From an uncultured Chthonomonadaceae bacterium (GTDB lineage: Bacteria; Armatimonadota; Chthonomonadetes; Chthonomonadales; Chthonomonadaceae), in assembly GCA_963835065.1 (NCBI GenBank), contig CAWIEK010000041.1, positions 1 through 64,000 on the forward strand: DNA of 64,000 nt, given 5' to 3'. The notes beneath the pieces were generated by a model. That model saw only the letters and a list, made by a program, of their open reading frames with translations, had not been told where the DNA came from and did no database searches. The translations under genes and the position numbers were made by a program. Shown here one piece after another: positions 9,795-18,768 of this stretch (positions within the stretch are counted from its first letter, which is position 1; each line of letters begins with the position of its first letter).

Positions 9795-10364
9795 CTAACT
9801 TACGCTCCAAATGATATTCAGCGTGTCTGCCGCGCCCTTGTTCACCGCCGCGAACACTTGATGCGCCAATAGATTGCCGCCCGAACCCGCGTCCAGCAGG
9901 CCGGCTTCCGTGATTGCGCCCGTGCCGGTTCCGGCTCCGAACGTATACTGCACCTGATACACGTTCGCGCTCGGATTGGTCGGCGTTTGCGCCGCGCTGC
10001 GGGCGGCTTCCGTTCCCAGCGTGGTATCGCTTGCGCTTGCCGCCGTCGTGCCCGTGCCAATCGCGATATAGGCAAACGCCGTCAGCGCTTCCCCGCCCGA
10101 CACCGCCAGCAATTTGTTCTTGCCCGCCGTACAAATCAGATTGTGTATCCGCCGCTCGTCTTTCAGCGTTCCCGTCGCGTCATGCACCTGAATACACAAG
10201 TTCGTATGCAGTTTCAGGCTTTCCCCATCCATGCCGTCGCGCATCTGCTGCAATTCCCGCAAAAAGCCATCCAGTCGCTCCGAAAGCGCCAGAGTTGCGC
10301 GCGGAGCCTCGCCAACCACCGGCGCGTTTCCCTGACAATTCTCCCCAACAAAATCAACAACCAT
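9795..10364 (-). CDS. Phage fibre/collar-type structural protein
   Basis: NLICTAGKN, YIAIGTGTTAA..DTTLGTE, GTGAITEAGL and KGAADTLNIIW, a widespread virion fibre-base pattern. Confidence 0.7.
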   Translation of the reverse strand: MVVDFVGENCQGNAPVVGEAPRATLALSERLDGFLRELQQMRDGMDGESLKLHTNLCIQVHDATGTLKDERRIHNLICTAGKNKLLAVSGGEALTAFAYIAIGTGTTAASASDTTLGTEAARSAAQTPTNPSANVYQVQYTFGAGTGTGAITEAGLLDAGSGGNLLAHQVFAAVNKGAADTLNIIWSVS

Positions 10365-10375
10365 GCTCTTCCTCC

Positions 10376-11599
10376 TCATCCTTTCCCGCCAAACTCTGTC
10401 AGGGCATCTCCATGCCCGCTCTTGCCAAGCCCGTCTCCGAACGCTCCGCTTGTCACCAGCGTCAGCACGGCAAGCCCTGCGCCCGTCGCCTGCGCATTGT
10501 CCGCAAAGCCGAGCGCTTCGCCGATACGCCGCGCCAGTCCCAACGCGCGGCTGTCCGTCACATTCAGCGTTTCCACCACGAGTTTGCTTGCTTGCGCCTG
10601 GCGCGCGTCCGACCACGCCAATGCTTCCGTCAGCAATTTGGAAAGCGCCTGCCCGCCTCCATTGAGCATGGAAGCAAGGGTATCCGCAAGGCTCACGCCG
10701 TCATTCAATGCCTTGCCTGCCCGATTTATGCGCCCATCCGCAAGCCCAAGCGTCTCGCCCATCGCCTTGCTTGTGAGCAAGCGCGCGGCATCCGACAACA
10801 GCAGCGACTCGGCAAGCCATTGCTGCCATACCTGCGCCATCCCGTAGAAACGCCGCACACTGCTCGGCAGAAACAGGTCATACGGCTGCGCGTAAAGCGC
10901 GGCCACTTCCCCGCCCGTCAGCGCGCGATTGAAGTACGCCCACTGACCGATCTTTGTGCCGGACGCCAGCGTGATTCCCGCGCCGTTGCGATTGAACAAA
11001 TTGATATTGGCATTGAGGACCGCAACGGGAGCCGCCGTCGCCGTACTTCCGATTTGAACGCCATTGCGGTACAAAACGCTGCCCGCCGAAGACCAAACCA
11101 GCGCATACGTTTGCCATTGGTTTTGCGCCCAATTGCCTGCTGAAGCCGCCACAACGACCCGCCCATCCACGCCCCCGCTCGTCCAGCCGAAGTACAGATT
11201 GTTGTCCGAGTATTTCTGACAGCTAAATTCGACAGAGGGAGAAGCCTGATACCCGCCCCACAGCATCTCAATGGAAGCGCTGTTGTACGCCGCCGCCGGG
11301 TACGCCCGAAAGACAATCGTGCCGCTGCCGGAACTCACGCGCAGCCCGGTATCGAAATAATCCGTCGTTGTCGCTGTGGAAGCGTTTTTCACCAGGCACG
11401 GCCCCTCCTCGGAAGCCGACCAGCCAATCCCACCCGTCAAGGCCCCGCCCGCCCCGCCAACGACATCGCGCGGCGCTCCCCCGCCCTCGTTCAGCACAAG
11501 CCAGTTCGCCAGCCCCTGCGCCGACAGGCGCGACACATCCACCATCGCGCCCCACTCCGGCTTAACCGTCGGATCGCGCCCCATACCCGCAAGCGGCAT
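10376..11599 (-). CDS. LamG/concanavalin-like jelly-roll protein with C-terminal fibre-type repeats
   Basis: NWLVLNEGGG, WQTYALVW, LYRNGVQIG and FNRALTGGEVAALY, followed by K-x-x-x-E-x-L-x-x-x-D repeats. Confidence 0.7.
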   Translation of the reverse strand: MPLAGMGRDPTVKPEWGAMVDVSRLSAQGLANWLVLNEGGGAPRDVVGGAGGALTGGIGWSASEEGPCLVKNASTATTTDYFDTGLRVSSGSGTIVFRAYPAAAYNSASIEMLWGGYQASPSVEFSCQKYSDNNLYFGWTSGGVDGRVVVAASAGNWAQNQWQTYALVWSSAGSVLYRNGVQIGSTATAAPVAVLNANINLFNRNGAGITLASGTKIGQWAYFNRALTGGEVAALYAQPYDLFLPSSVRRFYGMAQVWQQWLAESLLLSDAARLLTSKAMGETLGLADGRINRAGKALNDGVSLADTLASMLNGGGQALSKLLTEALAWSDARQAQASKLVVETLNVTDSRALGLARRIGEALGFADNAQATGAGLAVLTLVTSGAFGDGLGKSGHGDALTEFGGKG

Positions 11600-11608
11600 A
11601 ACATCCTC

Positions 11609-12028
11609 CTAACTCAACTTTTCCAACTCAAACAAAACCGCCACCGTCGCGCTTGCGCCCGTCGCGTTGTTCAGGCACGAAACCGCCATATAGCGGCTGG
11701 CCGGAACCCGCCCCAACGGAACCTTTTGCGTCCCATTCGTCGGCGGCAGGCTGCGCGAAAGGCTTGTCCGCGCATAGACCTGCCCGGATACCCGCCGGTT
11801 ATTGATCGTAATGTCAATCGAGCCTGCCGTCACCGTACTCGTAATCACCGCGTATAGCCACAAATCTCCCACGCTGGCATTGTCCCCCAGCACATCCACC
11901 TCGCCGTTGGAATTGGCGTTGTTGGGAGTGTTCGTCGCCGTCGTTTGCAGCGTTGAATTGTTCAGCACAATCACCCCCGTGCTTTCATCCGTCCCAAACA
12001 GCGCCCCCGTAGATCGCGTAATCGCCAT
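11609..12028 (-). CDS. Phage virion-associated beta-sandwich protein
   Basis: Own RBS (AAGGAGG), beta-rich, located between capsid and LamG genes. Confidence 0.5.
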   Translation of the reverse strand: MAITRSTGALFGTDESTGVIVLNNSTLQTTATNTPNNANSNGEVDVLGDNASVGDLWLYAVITSTVTAGSIDITINNRRVSGQVYARTSLSRSLPPTNGTQKVPLGRVPASRYMAVSCLNNATGASATVAVLFELEKLS

Positions 12029-12143
12029 GAAGCCCTCCTTCGGAATAGGCATTAGGCATTAGGCATTGGCAAGCAGATAGGAAGTTCTTCTGTCTTCTGC
12101 CTTCTGTCTTCTTCCCTAATGCCTAATGCCTAATGCCTCTCCT

Positions 12144-12623
12144 CTACCACTCCCCCACCTCCGCGTTGCGAACATCTTCAGCCGAAACCGCCGCGCCCCG
12201 GCCCAGCAGCTTTTCCGCCCGGCTGACGGCAACCGTAGAGATGTCCTGTATCCGCGCCGTCGCCGCGCTTGCGCTGCCCATCAGCCCGTAAGCCGCCAAT
12301 ACCGCCAAAAACTGCTGCGTCGGTGTCGTTTGCATGTTGATAGGGTCTACATACTTGATGTCCGACAGCAATTGCTTCAAAACCGGAACCGTCATGCCGC
12401 TCGGAACCCCACTCGGAACCGCCGTATCGTCCGGCAACTGCCGCAGACCCACCACCACATCGAACAAATCCCCCAACAGCACTGTGGGAGCCACCAGCCC
12501 GCGCGGAATTGCATCCGTTCCCGGCGCGTTCAGCAAACCGGCGATCTGCGCGTCCGTCTTCCCCGCATACCCCAGCCCCTTCGGGTCCCCCGCAATCTCC
12601 GCCTTCAACACCGCATAATCCAC
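12144..12623 (-). CDS. Phage hypothetical protein
   Basis: GTG start with GGAGG; DYAVLKAEIAGDP..YAGKTDAQIAGLLNA resembles genes found after capsid genes in phages. Confidence 0.55.
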   Translation of the reverse strand: MDYAVLKAEIAGDPKGLGYAGKTDAQIAGLLNAPGTDAIPRGLVAPTVLLGDLFDVVVGLRQLPDDTAVPSGVPSGMTVPVLKQLLSDIKYVDPINMQTTPTQQFLAVLAAYGLMGSASAATARIQDISTVAVSRAEKLLGRGAAVSAEDVRNAEVGEW

Positions 12624-12754
12624 GTCCCACCTCCATTCAGAATAGGCATCAGGCATTAGGCATCAGGCATTAGCAAGCAGACACAAAACACTTTTGTCTT
12701 CTGTCTTCTGTCTTCTGCCTTCTCTCTTCTTCCCTAATGCCTAATGCCTAATGC

Positions 12755-13135
12755 CTACACCGCCAGGTCACGCCAGCTTCCATCCGCCTCTTGCTGCATC
12801 TGCCCGCAGTCATGGAACACAAAGGCCGCGTGGACATGCCCGCGCCACTCCCGCCCATGCGTTTCCGAAGCAACCGGCAAACCCGGCGGCAAATGGTACG
12901 GGTCATAATCCGTCACCACGCACGCCCGGTTCACGCCCTCCACTTCCAGCGGCAGCCAGTACGCCGTATCCGCATCCCGCCACCGCGTCACGCGCCCGCC
13001 ACCCAAAAGCGGCACATACTGCCGCGCCTGAAGCGCATGGTCAAAAACCACAATCTTCCCGTTCACAGACATCAGCGACGGCTGCGAACACCCCGCCCGA
13101 TAAATGCCGATAGCGGCGAAAGAAGGGAGAGACAT
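12755..13135 (-). CDS. Hypothetical protein in the head module
   Basis: ATG with GGAGG RBS, in operon orientation. Confidence 0.5.
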   Translation of the reverse strand: MSLPSFAAIGIYRAGCSQPSLMSVNGKIVVFDHALQARQYVPLLGGGRVTRWRDADTAYWLPLEVEGVNRACVVTDYDPYHLPPGLPVASETHGREWRGHVHAAFVFHDCGQMQQEADGSWRDLAV

Positions 13136-13148
13136 AGCAACCTCCAAA

Positions 13149-13268
13149 GTGATGAATGATGAATGATGAGTGATGAATAAGATGCTATCTCATACCCGCT
13201 CGGTATTGCCGGGAGCAGAATACTGGATTGGGCATTTCATTCATCACTCATCATTCATCATTCATCAC
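13149..13268. repeat. Inverted pair of heptamer arrays (GATGAAT)n/(ATTCATC)n
   Basis: Directly visible downstream of the capsid gene. Confidence 0.9.
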
Positions 13269-13271
13269 TTA

Positions 13272-14330
13272 CTACAGCGTCGTCCCATAGATCAAATAGC
13301 CCGCCGTCGCGTACCCTGCCGACTGCCAGCCGTTTGTCGAGCCGTCTACGCACAGGAATCGCCAGTCGCGCAGGAACGCGGCTTCGATCATATCGCCTTT
13401 GCGCTTGTCTTCGCGCCACCGGCGCACCGAAATGCCCCGCTGTCCCGTCGTGTCGTCCGGCGCGTCGAACGTGTAGCCCAGGCTTACGGTTTTCAGGCCG
13501 GGATGCGGCGCGATGTAGCAGACCAGCGCGGCCCCAAACGCCGTGCCCGTATCGAGCGCGTTCCACAGATACCCGCCCGCGTATGCCTGCCCCTCGCCCG
13601 CGCTGTTGCGCTGCGCCATGCCCACAACCGTTTTCAGGCCGCGTATGGTTTTGGGCAGTCCCGACCCCGAAACCATATCCGGGTTCGTGTACTGCATCAG
13701 CGTCTTGATTTCCGCCGTTTCCGCCAGTGCCAATGCGCTGTCATAGCCCATCACCAGCGTATTCGCGTCCCGCGCAATGCTCGCAATGATCTGCGTCCGC
13801 GCCGCCTTGATGTTGGCAAGCGGACTTGTGTTCGCGTTGTTCTTGGCCCAGGACACGTCGCCCGGATTAGTTCCCGCCCCGTTCACCAGCAGCTTCTTGT
13901 TGCTCGCCGCGTAACTCGCCGCGCCCAATGTCATTAGCGCCACCTGATACTCATGATCAATCAGCAGCCGTTCGGTCAACTGAATTGTCTGGTCGGTATC
14001 GGGCATCAGCGGGTTATCCGCAATCGCCACTTCCGCGTCCGTCACCAGCCCGCGATACGCATACTCTTCCGCGTAGTAGTTCTGGTTGCTCAACGACAGA
14101 TCAATTTCCGCCGCTTCCGCCCCCTGCGCCCGCAAACTCGTCGGACGGTTCCCCGCATCCAATAGTGAACCCGACAGAAAATCCTCCCGCTTGTACACGA
14201 AATACTTGTTTGAACGCTTCGTCACCGGCAAGGGCGGCAAAACCTGATCCGCCACATAACTCTCGTTCCGGTACATCAAGGACACATTGGTAAGCGCTTG
14301 GTCAATGTGAATCTGGCTAATCGCAGGCAT
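13272..14330 (-). CDS. Major capsid protein (HK97 fold)
   Basis: HIDQALTNVSLMYRN..YVADQVLP N-terminus and SLGYTF..AGYLI C-terminus; 352 aa; follows the cement gene. Confidence 0.85.
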   Translation of the reverse strand: MPAISQIHIDQALTNVSLMYRNESYVADQVLPPLPVTKRSNKYFVYKREDFLSGSLLDAGNRPTSLRAQGAEAAEIDLSLSNQNYYAEEYAYRGLVTDAEVAIADNPLMPDTDQTIQLTERLLIDHEYQVALMTLGAASYAASNKKLLVNGAGTNPGDVSWAKNNANTSPLANIKAARTQIIASIARDANTLVMGYDSALALAETAEIKTLMQYTNPDMVSGSGLPKTIRGLKTVVGMAQRNSAGEGQAYAGGYLWNALDTGTAFGAALVCYIAPHPGLKTVSLGYTFDAPDDTTGQRGISVRRWREDKRKGDMIEAAFLRDWRFLCVDGSTNGWQSAGYATAGYLIYGTTL

Positions 14331-14352
14331 GAAGAAACTCCTTTCAAGCAGA

Positions 14353-14458
14353 GGGGTCAGGATTCAGGATTCAGGGGTCAGTGAAAGCGTACTGTTTTGT
14401 ACAGTCTTCCGTACAACTGCAGCATTGCCCTGACTCCTGACCCCTGAATCCTGACCCC
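14353..14458. repeat. Inverted pair of heptamer arrays (GGATTCA/GGGGTCA)n
   Basis: Lies between the cement and capsid genes. Confidence 0.9.
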
Positions 14459-14872
14459 TTATTCAACAACCACTCCCGGCTGAAGCAGCACATCAATGAG
14501 CGTGTCCGTTGCCGCCGTGGACGCAATGGACTGCATAGCGATACCGACAAGGCCGCGCACGTTCGCGCCGCCCGTAGCTACGGGAACCGCTTTGGTCACG
14601 CGCCCCGACGTGTCGGCAATCTTGATCGGATCGCCGAAGTTGATGGCCGTGCCGGTCAGGAAGCGGCACTGCGCGATGCCCGACAGCACAACCGGCCCGT
14701 AACTGTTATTGTCGAACGCCAACTGCGTCACGCCGATAACGCTCGCCGCGCCTGCCGCGCTTGGCGCTTTCACATTACCCGCGTTGGCTCCCGACGCGAC
14801 CACGACCGTATTGGCCGCCAGAACCGTGTCGCCCGGAAACGACTTCACCAAAACCGGAGTTTGTCTCGCCAT
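14459..14872 (-). CDS. Capsid cement/decoration protein (DUF2190-like)
   Basis: VIGVTQ, VVLSGIA, INFGDPI..DTSGR, VGIAMQ and LIDVLL. Confidence 0.75.
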   Translation of the reverse strand: MARQTPVLVKSFPGDTVLAANTVVVASGANAGNVKAPSAAGAASVIGVTQLAFDNNSYGPVVLSGIAQCRFLTGTAINFGDPIKIADTSGRVTKAVPVATGGANVRGLVGIAMQSIASTAATDTLIDVLLQPGVVVE

Positions 14873-14877
14873 ACTGT

Positions 14878-16161
14878 TTAATTCCCCTCCTGCGAACGGG
14901 CGCGAACCGACAGCGCCAGATCGCGGTTTTCGCCGCACACTTCCTTGAACGCGGCGGTATGGTCCAGTCCCGCCGTCCGCATCTTCTGTTGCGTCAGTGC
15001 TTCCAATCGCCCCACGTCCGCCGTTTCCGACGCTTTGACCGTCGCGCCGCCCGCCAACTGCGGCAGTTTGGCGCGTACATTCAGCGCGGGGATCGCGGCG
15101 GCAAACGCGACAGGCGTGTCCCGCGCTACGGTTCGCCACGCTTCCGCTTCCGCCGGGGTCATTTGAAACGCCCGTACCCACCCGTCAATCAAGCGCGAGT
15201 CAACCGTAAACCGCGCCGCCTGCTCCGCGTCCTGCGCCTGCTGCCGCAAGCGGTTCAGTTCCGCTTCCATAGCGGCAAACCGCGCTTCGCCACTCTCCAC
15301 AGCGAAAAGGCTTCCCTCCCCACCAACGGACACGCCCACGCCTGCCGCCCCGCAGATGTTTTCCTCTCCCGTAGCGGACATAACGGATGTGCCGGCGCTA
15401 TCCAAAACCGGCGCGTCAGCCGAGTTTGCCCCTTTCAGTTCCGGCGTATGCAAATGCGCGTCAATCTCCTCCGAAGACACTCCCACGCGCTGAAACAACG
15501 CCCGCAATCCCGCAAGCAAAGCCATCGAAACCAACTCCTTCCCGGCGTTCCCGCCATCCTCTATGCTGTTCTCGTCCTCCACCCCCACAGCAAACCCCAC
15601 GCCCCGCAAACTCCCTTCCTCCCCTTCCTCCCCGCCGCAACACAAAGGCAGAAGACCATTCCCGTCTTCTGCCTTTCTGCTGCTCAATGCCTGATGCCTA
15701 ATGCCTAATGCCTCCTCCCTAATGCCTAATGCCTGATGCCTGATACCTTCCTCCCGAAACGCCGCCTGCATCACCGCATCGGCCACGCGGGGATGCAGCA
15801 CGAACGCGCCGCCAATCGGCTGCTTGCTCGTCCGGTTCCATTCGCTGCTGATCTTGATGGGTTCGCCCTGCGTCACGTCTTGCAGCCAGCGTGGAATGGC
15901 GTACTCGGCCAGAATGGCCTGTCCCTCCCGCCACAACTTCCGCACCACGCCCAGTTTGCCGTCAAAGATCGTCGGAATGTGTTCGATGTTGAGCGGCACG
16001 GGCGCAAACCCGGCAATCGCCGCGTCCGCTTCCGCCTCGCTCAACCCGAACTGCTTGTCGGGATAATCTCCAACCCGAAAGAACGTGCCCTTCCGCACAA
16101 CAAAATCGCCCCGCGCAGCGTTCGGCTGCGTCGGGGCGGCAAGCGTAACCTCATCCTGCAT
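14878..16161 (-). CDS. Mu-like prohead protease/scaffold protein
   Basis: FRVGDY, VPLNIEH, ISSEW and GGAFVLHPRV protease domain, then an acidic/helical scaffold; carries a translated heptamer repeat. Confidence 0.75.
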   Translation of the reverse strand: MQDEVTLAAPTQPNAARGDFVVRKGTFFRVGDYPDKQFGLSEAEADAAIAGFAPVPLNIEHIPTIFDGKLGVVRKLWREGQAILAEYAIPRWLQDVTQGEPIKISSEWNRTSKQPIGGAFVLHPRVADAVMQAAFREEGIRHQALGIREEALGIRHQALSSRKAEDGNGLLPLCCGGEEGEEGSLRGVGFAVGVEDENSIEDGGNAGKELVSMALLAGLRALFQRVGVSSEEIDAHLHTPELKGANSADAPVLDSAGTSVMSATGEENICGAAGVGVSVGGEGSLFAVESGEARFAAMEAELNRLRQQAQDAEQAARFTVDSRLIDGWVRAFQMTPAEAEAWRTVARDTPVAFAAAIPALNVRAKLPQLAGGATVKASETADVGRLEALTQQKMRTAGLDHTAAFKEVCGENRDLALSVRARSQEGN

Positions 16162-16202
16162 GGTTTCCTCCCATACTCATAATGCCTGCGCCTCGCCAAA
16201 GC

Positions 16203-16231
16203 AAAAAGACCGGCAAAATGCCGGTCTTTTT
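16203..16231. terminator. Bidirectional rho-independent terminator
   Basis: aaaaagaccggc-aaaat-gccggtcttttt. Confidence 0.7.
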
Positions 16232-16268
16232 CCGTTATAACTTCCTGTCTTTCTCGCGCTGCGCGGCC

Positions 16269-16691
16269 TCAGCAACCCGGGCCGTCCGGCAGTAGATGCA
16301 CATAGAAGGAACGCGAGACTACCAGCGTTCCATCCACGATCACATCCACAAAGTACCGTCCCGCTTCGGTAAGCAGCGAACCGCTCAGAGTAAATTCAAG
16401 ATTAATAACCCTGGAAACGTCGTCAAACCAGATGACGTCATCCAGGCGCGTTAACTCTTTACCCGAGGGACAGCGCACAGACATCCCTAAAGGCCACGCG
16501 CCCATTGCCTCTGCAAAAGAAGCGACCACAACCATGCGTGGACATGGGGCGGGCAGGCGCAACATCCCAATGTTGGCAAAGAGACCCACCAGCGTTATTT
16601 TGCCCGTTCGCCTATCGTCAATAACTTCGTCACAGATGATAATCGAAATGCACTGCGGCCTGCCGTTTAGAAATCCAGTCAAGTCACTCAT
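16269..16691 (-). CDS. Small beta-sandwich protein (DUF6941-like)
   Basis: IIICDEVIDDRRTGKITLVGLF and EAGRYFVDVIVDG; lower GC; flanked by 24-bp direct repeats. Confidence 0.65.
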   Translation of the reverse strand: MSDLTGFLNGRPQCISIIICDEVIDDRRTGKITLVGLFANIGMLRLPAPCPRMVVVASFAEAMGAWPLGMSVRCPSGKELTRLDDVIWFDDVSRVINLEFTLSGSLLTEAGRYFVDVIVDGTLVVSRSFYVHLLPDGPGC

Positions 16692-17038
16692 AGCGCTGAT
16701 CCTACCCCGGCTTGTTCCTACCCGCCTGTTTTTCTCGCGCTGCGCGGCGCCGGCAATGCTTCGCTTCTGATGCTTGACGGCGCTAATCGCAACTTAGTTG
16801 CATCATTATAACACGTTTGCCGACATATCCGAAATACAGGCACAACAAGTAACTGTTCAGGGTTGTGAGAATCTTTTTAGCGTATGCCTGACAACAATTT
16901 GTCTTTGCCTTTTCGTCCTTTTTCGTGTGCTTCGCGTGTTTCGCGGTTCCCTATCTCCTTTTCTCCTTTTCTTTAATCTTTGCCGTCTTTGCCCCTTTGC
17001 GGTTCGATGTATTCGCGTTCATTCGCGTTTATTCGCGG

Positions 17039-18466
17039 CTAATCTCCTTCGCCGTTGTAGTTCAGCGCAGTCGTCAGCAATTCGATTGCCCGTGCCCCCT
17101 GCGCGTCGCTCATCGGCGCAATCCTGCTGCTGTTACGCGCGTCTGCGATTTGGCTTTGCGCTTCCCGCCGCGCCGTTTGCTCCTGCGCCAAGCCCCGTTC
17201 CTCGTCCGCATCGAGCGGCGGGATGCCTAACTCTTCGCGGACAAACTTCGCCTGCTTCCAGATCACGCCGTTGTCAATGAGCGTGGAAAACATCTGCGCG
17301 GTTTTCAAGCGGTCGCCGCTTTCCCCGCTTCCTAATCGCAGGCGCGGCAGCAGGCTCGTATCGCAATTCGCGAAGTTGAGAACGCACAGGCGGCGGATGA
17401 TCTGTTGATTGACTACGCCCTCCAAATCGCGGCGCAGAAAATCGTAAACCGTTTGCCCCGTGTCCTGATGCACTTCACCAAGCGCGAGGCTGTTCTGCCC
17501 CGCGCCCGTAGTCAGCGTGTTGCTGTGGATGTTAAGCGCGATCTGCTCGTTATGGTAGCGAATGGCGTTCAGAAAGCCGTCGAATACCTGCGACACCACG
17601 CTCACCAGTTCGTACTTCACGTTTTCCGGCAAAACCGGAGCCGCGCCTTGCCGGATACTGTCGAGGGCGGTTTGCGCGTCCTGCATCGCCCGCGTATTGC
17701 CCGCCGGGTATTGCGCAATCAAAACTGGAGCGCCCCACCGTTCCAGCGCCATCGAAAGAAACCGCGTCAGGTTGTCGGCGCTAAACCAGTGCTTGTAACA
17801 CGCCCGCCAATCGCCCATACCATGCGGCAGCCCGCCCTGCGGATTGTGCGTATACAACACGCATTTCGCGGCGGGAACCTCAAAGTCATATCCCGAAAGC
17901 GGCGTATAGCTCGTCAAAGTTTCGATTTGCAGAGTTTGCGGATTCAGGTTAAAGTCTATCTGCTTGGCGGGCTTGGCGTAAAAGCCGTCGTACCCGATTT
18001 TGCCCCGGTATGGCCCGTCCTCCAAATACCGATACCCGATCTCGCACACCTTGAAGCCGTCCCACGCCGCCCGCAGCATCTCGAACAACACCGCCCGGAA
18101 ATCCTGCGCCAGTCCGGCAGGGGAAACGATGTTGTTCAGGCTCCACGCCACAAACGCCGCGTACTCGCTCGCCCTTGCGTGGCGCGTATCCTGCGGATCG
18201 GTCACAGCCGCAACGATCTGCCAGCCGTCGGCCAGTATCGCGTACCGCTTCAAATTGAAATTCGCCCGACACGCCGCATACGTCAGCATATCGTCCGCCG
18301 TATCAAACCCCTTTTGCGACGTGAGCCGATCCGGGTTGTACGGCGGGAACTTGTACGCGGGGGCAAAAATCCCGTCATAGCTGCCCATGACGGGATTTTC
18401 GATTGCCGATTTTTGATTTTTGATTGGCGCATCGCCGGACGCGGCGCGCTGTGTTCTGGCTGGCAT
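17039..18466 (-). CDS. Phage portal protein (Mu gp29/DUF935 family)
   Basis: GFKVCEI, PHGMGDWRACYKHW, LERWGAPVLIAQYP and SLALGEVH; GGAGG RBS before ATG 18466. Confidence 0.85.
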   Translation of the reverse strand: MPARTQRAASGDAPIKNQKSAIENPVMGSYDGIFAPAYKFPPYNPDRLTSQKGFDTADDMLTYAACRANFNLKRYAILADGWQIVAAVTDPQDTRHARASEYAAFVAWSLNNIVSPAGLAQDFRAVLFEMLRAAWDGFKVCEIGYRYLEDGPYRGKIGYDGFYAKPAKQIDFNLNPQTLQIETLTSYTPLSGYDFEVPAAKCVLYTHNPQGGLPHGMGDWRACYKHWFSADNLTRFLSMALERWGAPVLIAQYPAGNTRAMQDAQTALDSIRQGAAPVLPENVKYELVSVVSQVFDGFLNAIRYHNEQIALNIHSNTLTTGAGQNSLALGEVHQDTGQTVYDFLRRDLEGVVNQQIIRRLCVLNFANCDTSLLPRLRLGSGESGDRLKTAQMFSTLIDNGVIWKQAKFVREELGIPPLDADEERGLAQEQTARREAQSQIADARNSSRIAPMSDAQGARAIELLTTALNYNGEGD

Positions 18467-18768
18467 AGCCCTTATCCTCCTTCCCCTTCTTTCCCCTACA
18501 AGTCCAGAAAGCCACGGCATTTACGCCTATGGAGGAATGGACTTCTTGTTGCGAAACCGCTGTCTCGGCAAAGGGCTTTGTAATTGCCCCTGCCCGTGAG
18601 CAGGGGCTTACGCGCCCACGTAGTATATACACACTTGTATGCTTTTTTAGAAGGTCGGTTTGGAGGAATTTGGAAGTTTTTTGAAAATATTTTGTTGCTG
18701 TCCAAAATTCGTTGATTTGACCTTGCGGTATAAAACGCGCCAATCTGATCATCAACGAATTTTGGACA

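Larger units (their letters stand above)
8059..18466 (-). mobile_element. Phage-derived head/neck gene module (prophage remnant or GTA-like cluster)
   Basis: Co-oriented portal, protease, cement, capsid, fibre-like genes, adaptor, stopper and holin-like gene. No terminase, tail or integrase in the window. Confidence 0.8.

Noticed and set aside
13272..14330. Capsid gene as an encapsulin
   Set aside because: It sits with portal, protease, cement and adaptor genes and has no cargo enzyme neighbour.
8419..14458. Repeat clusters as a CRISPR array
   Set aside because: Units are 7-nt tandem and inverted arrays with no constant repeat-spacer period, and no cas genes are present.
1425..18466. Functional link between the Pycsar-like locus and the capsid module
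   Set aside because: They are separated by fliA and a lipoprotein and differ in base composition; proximity is the only evidence.
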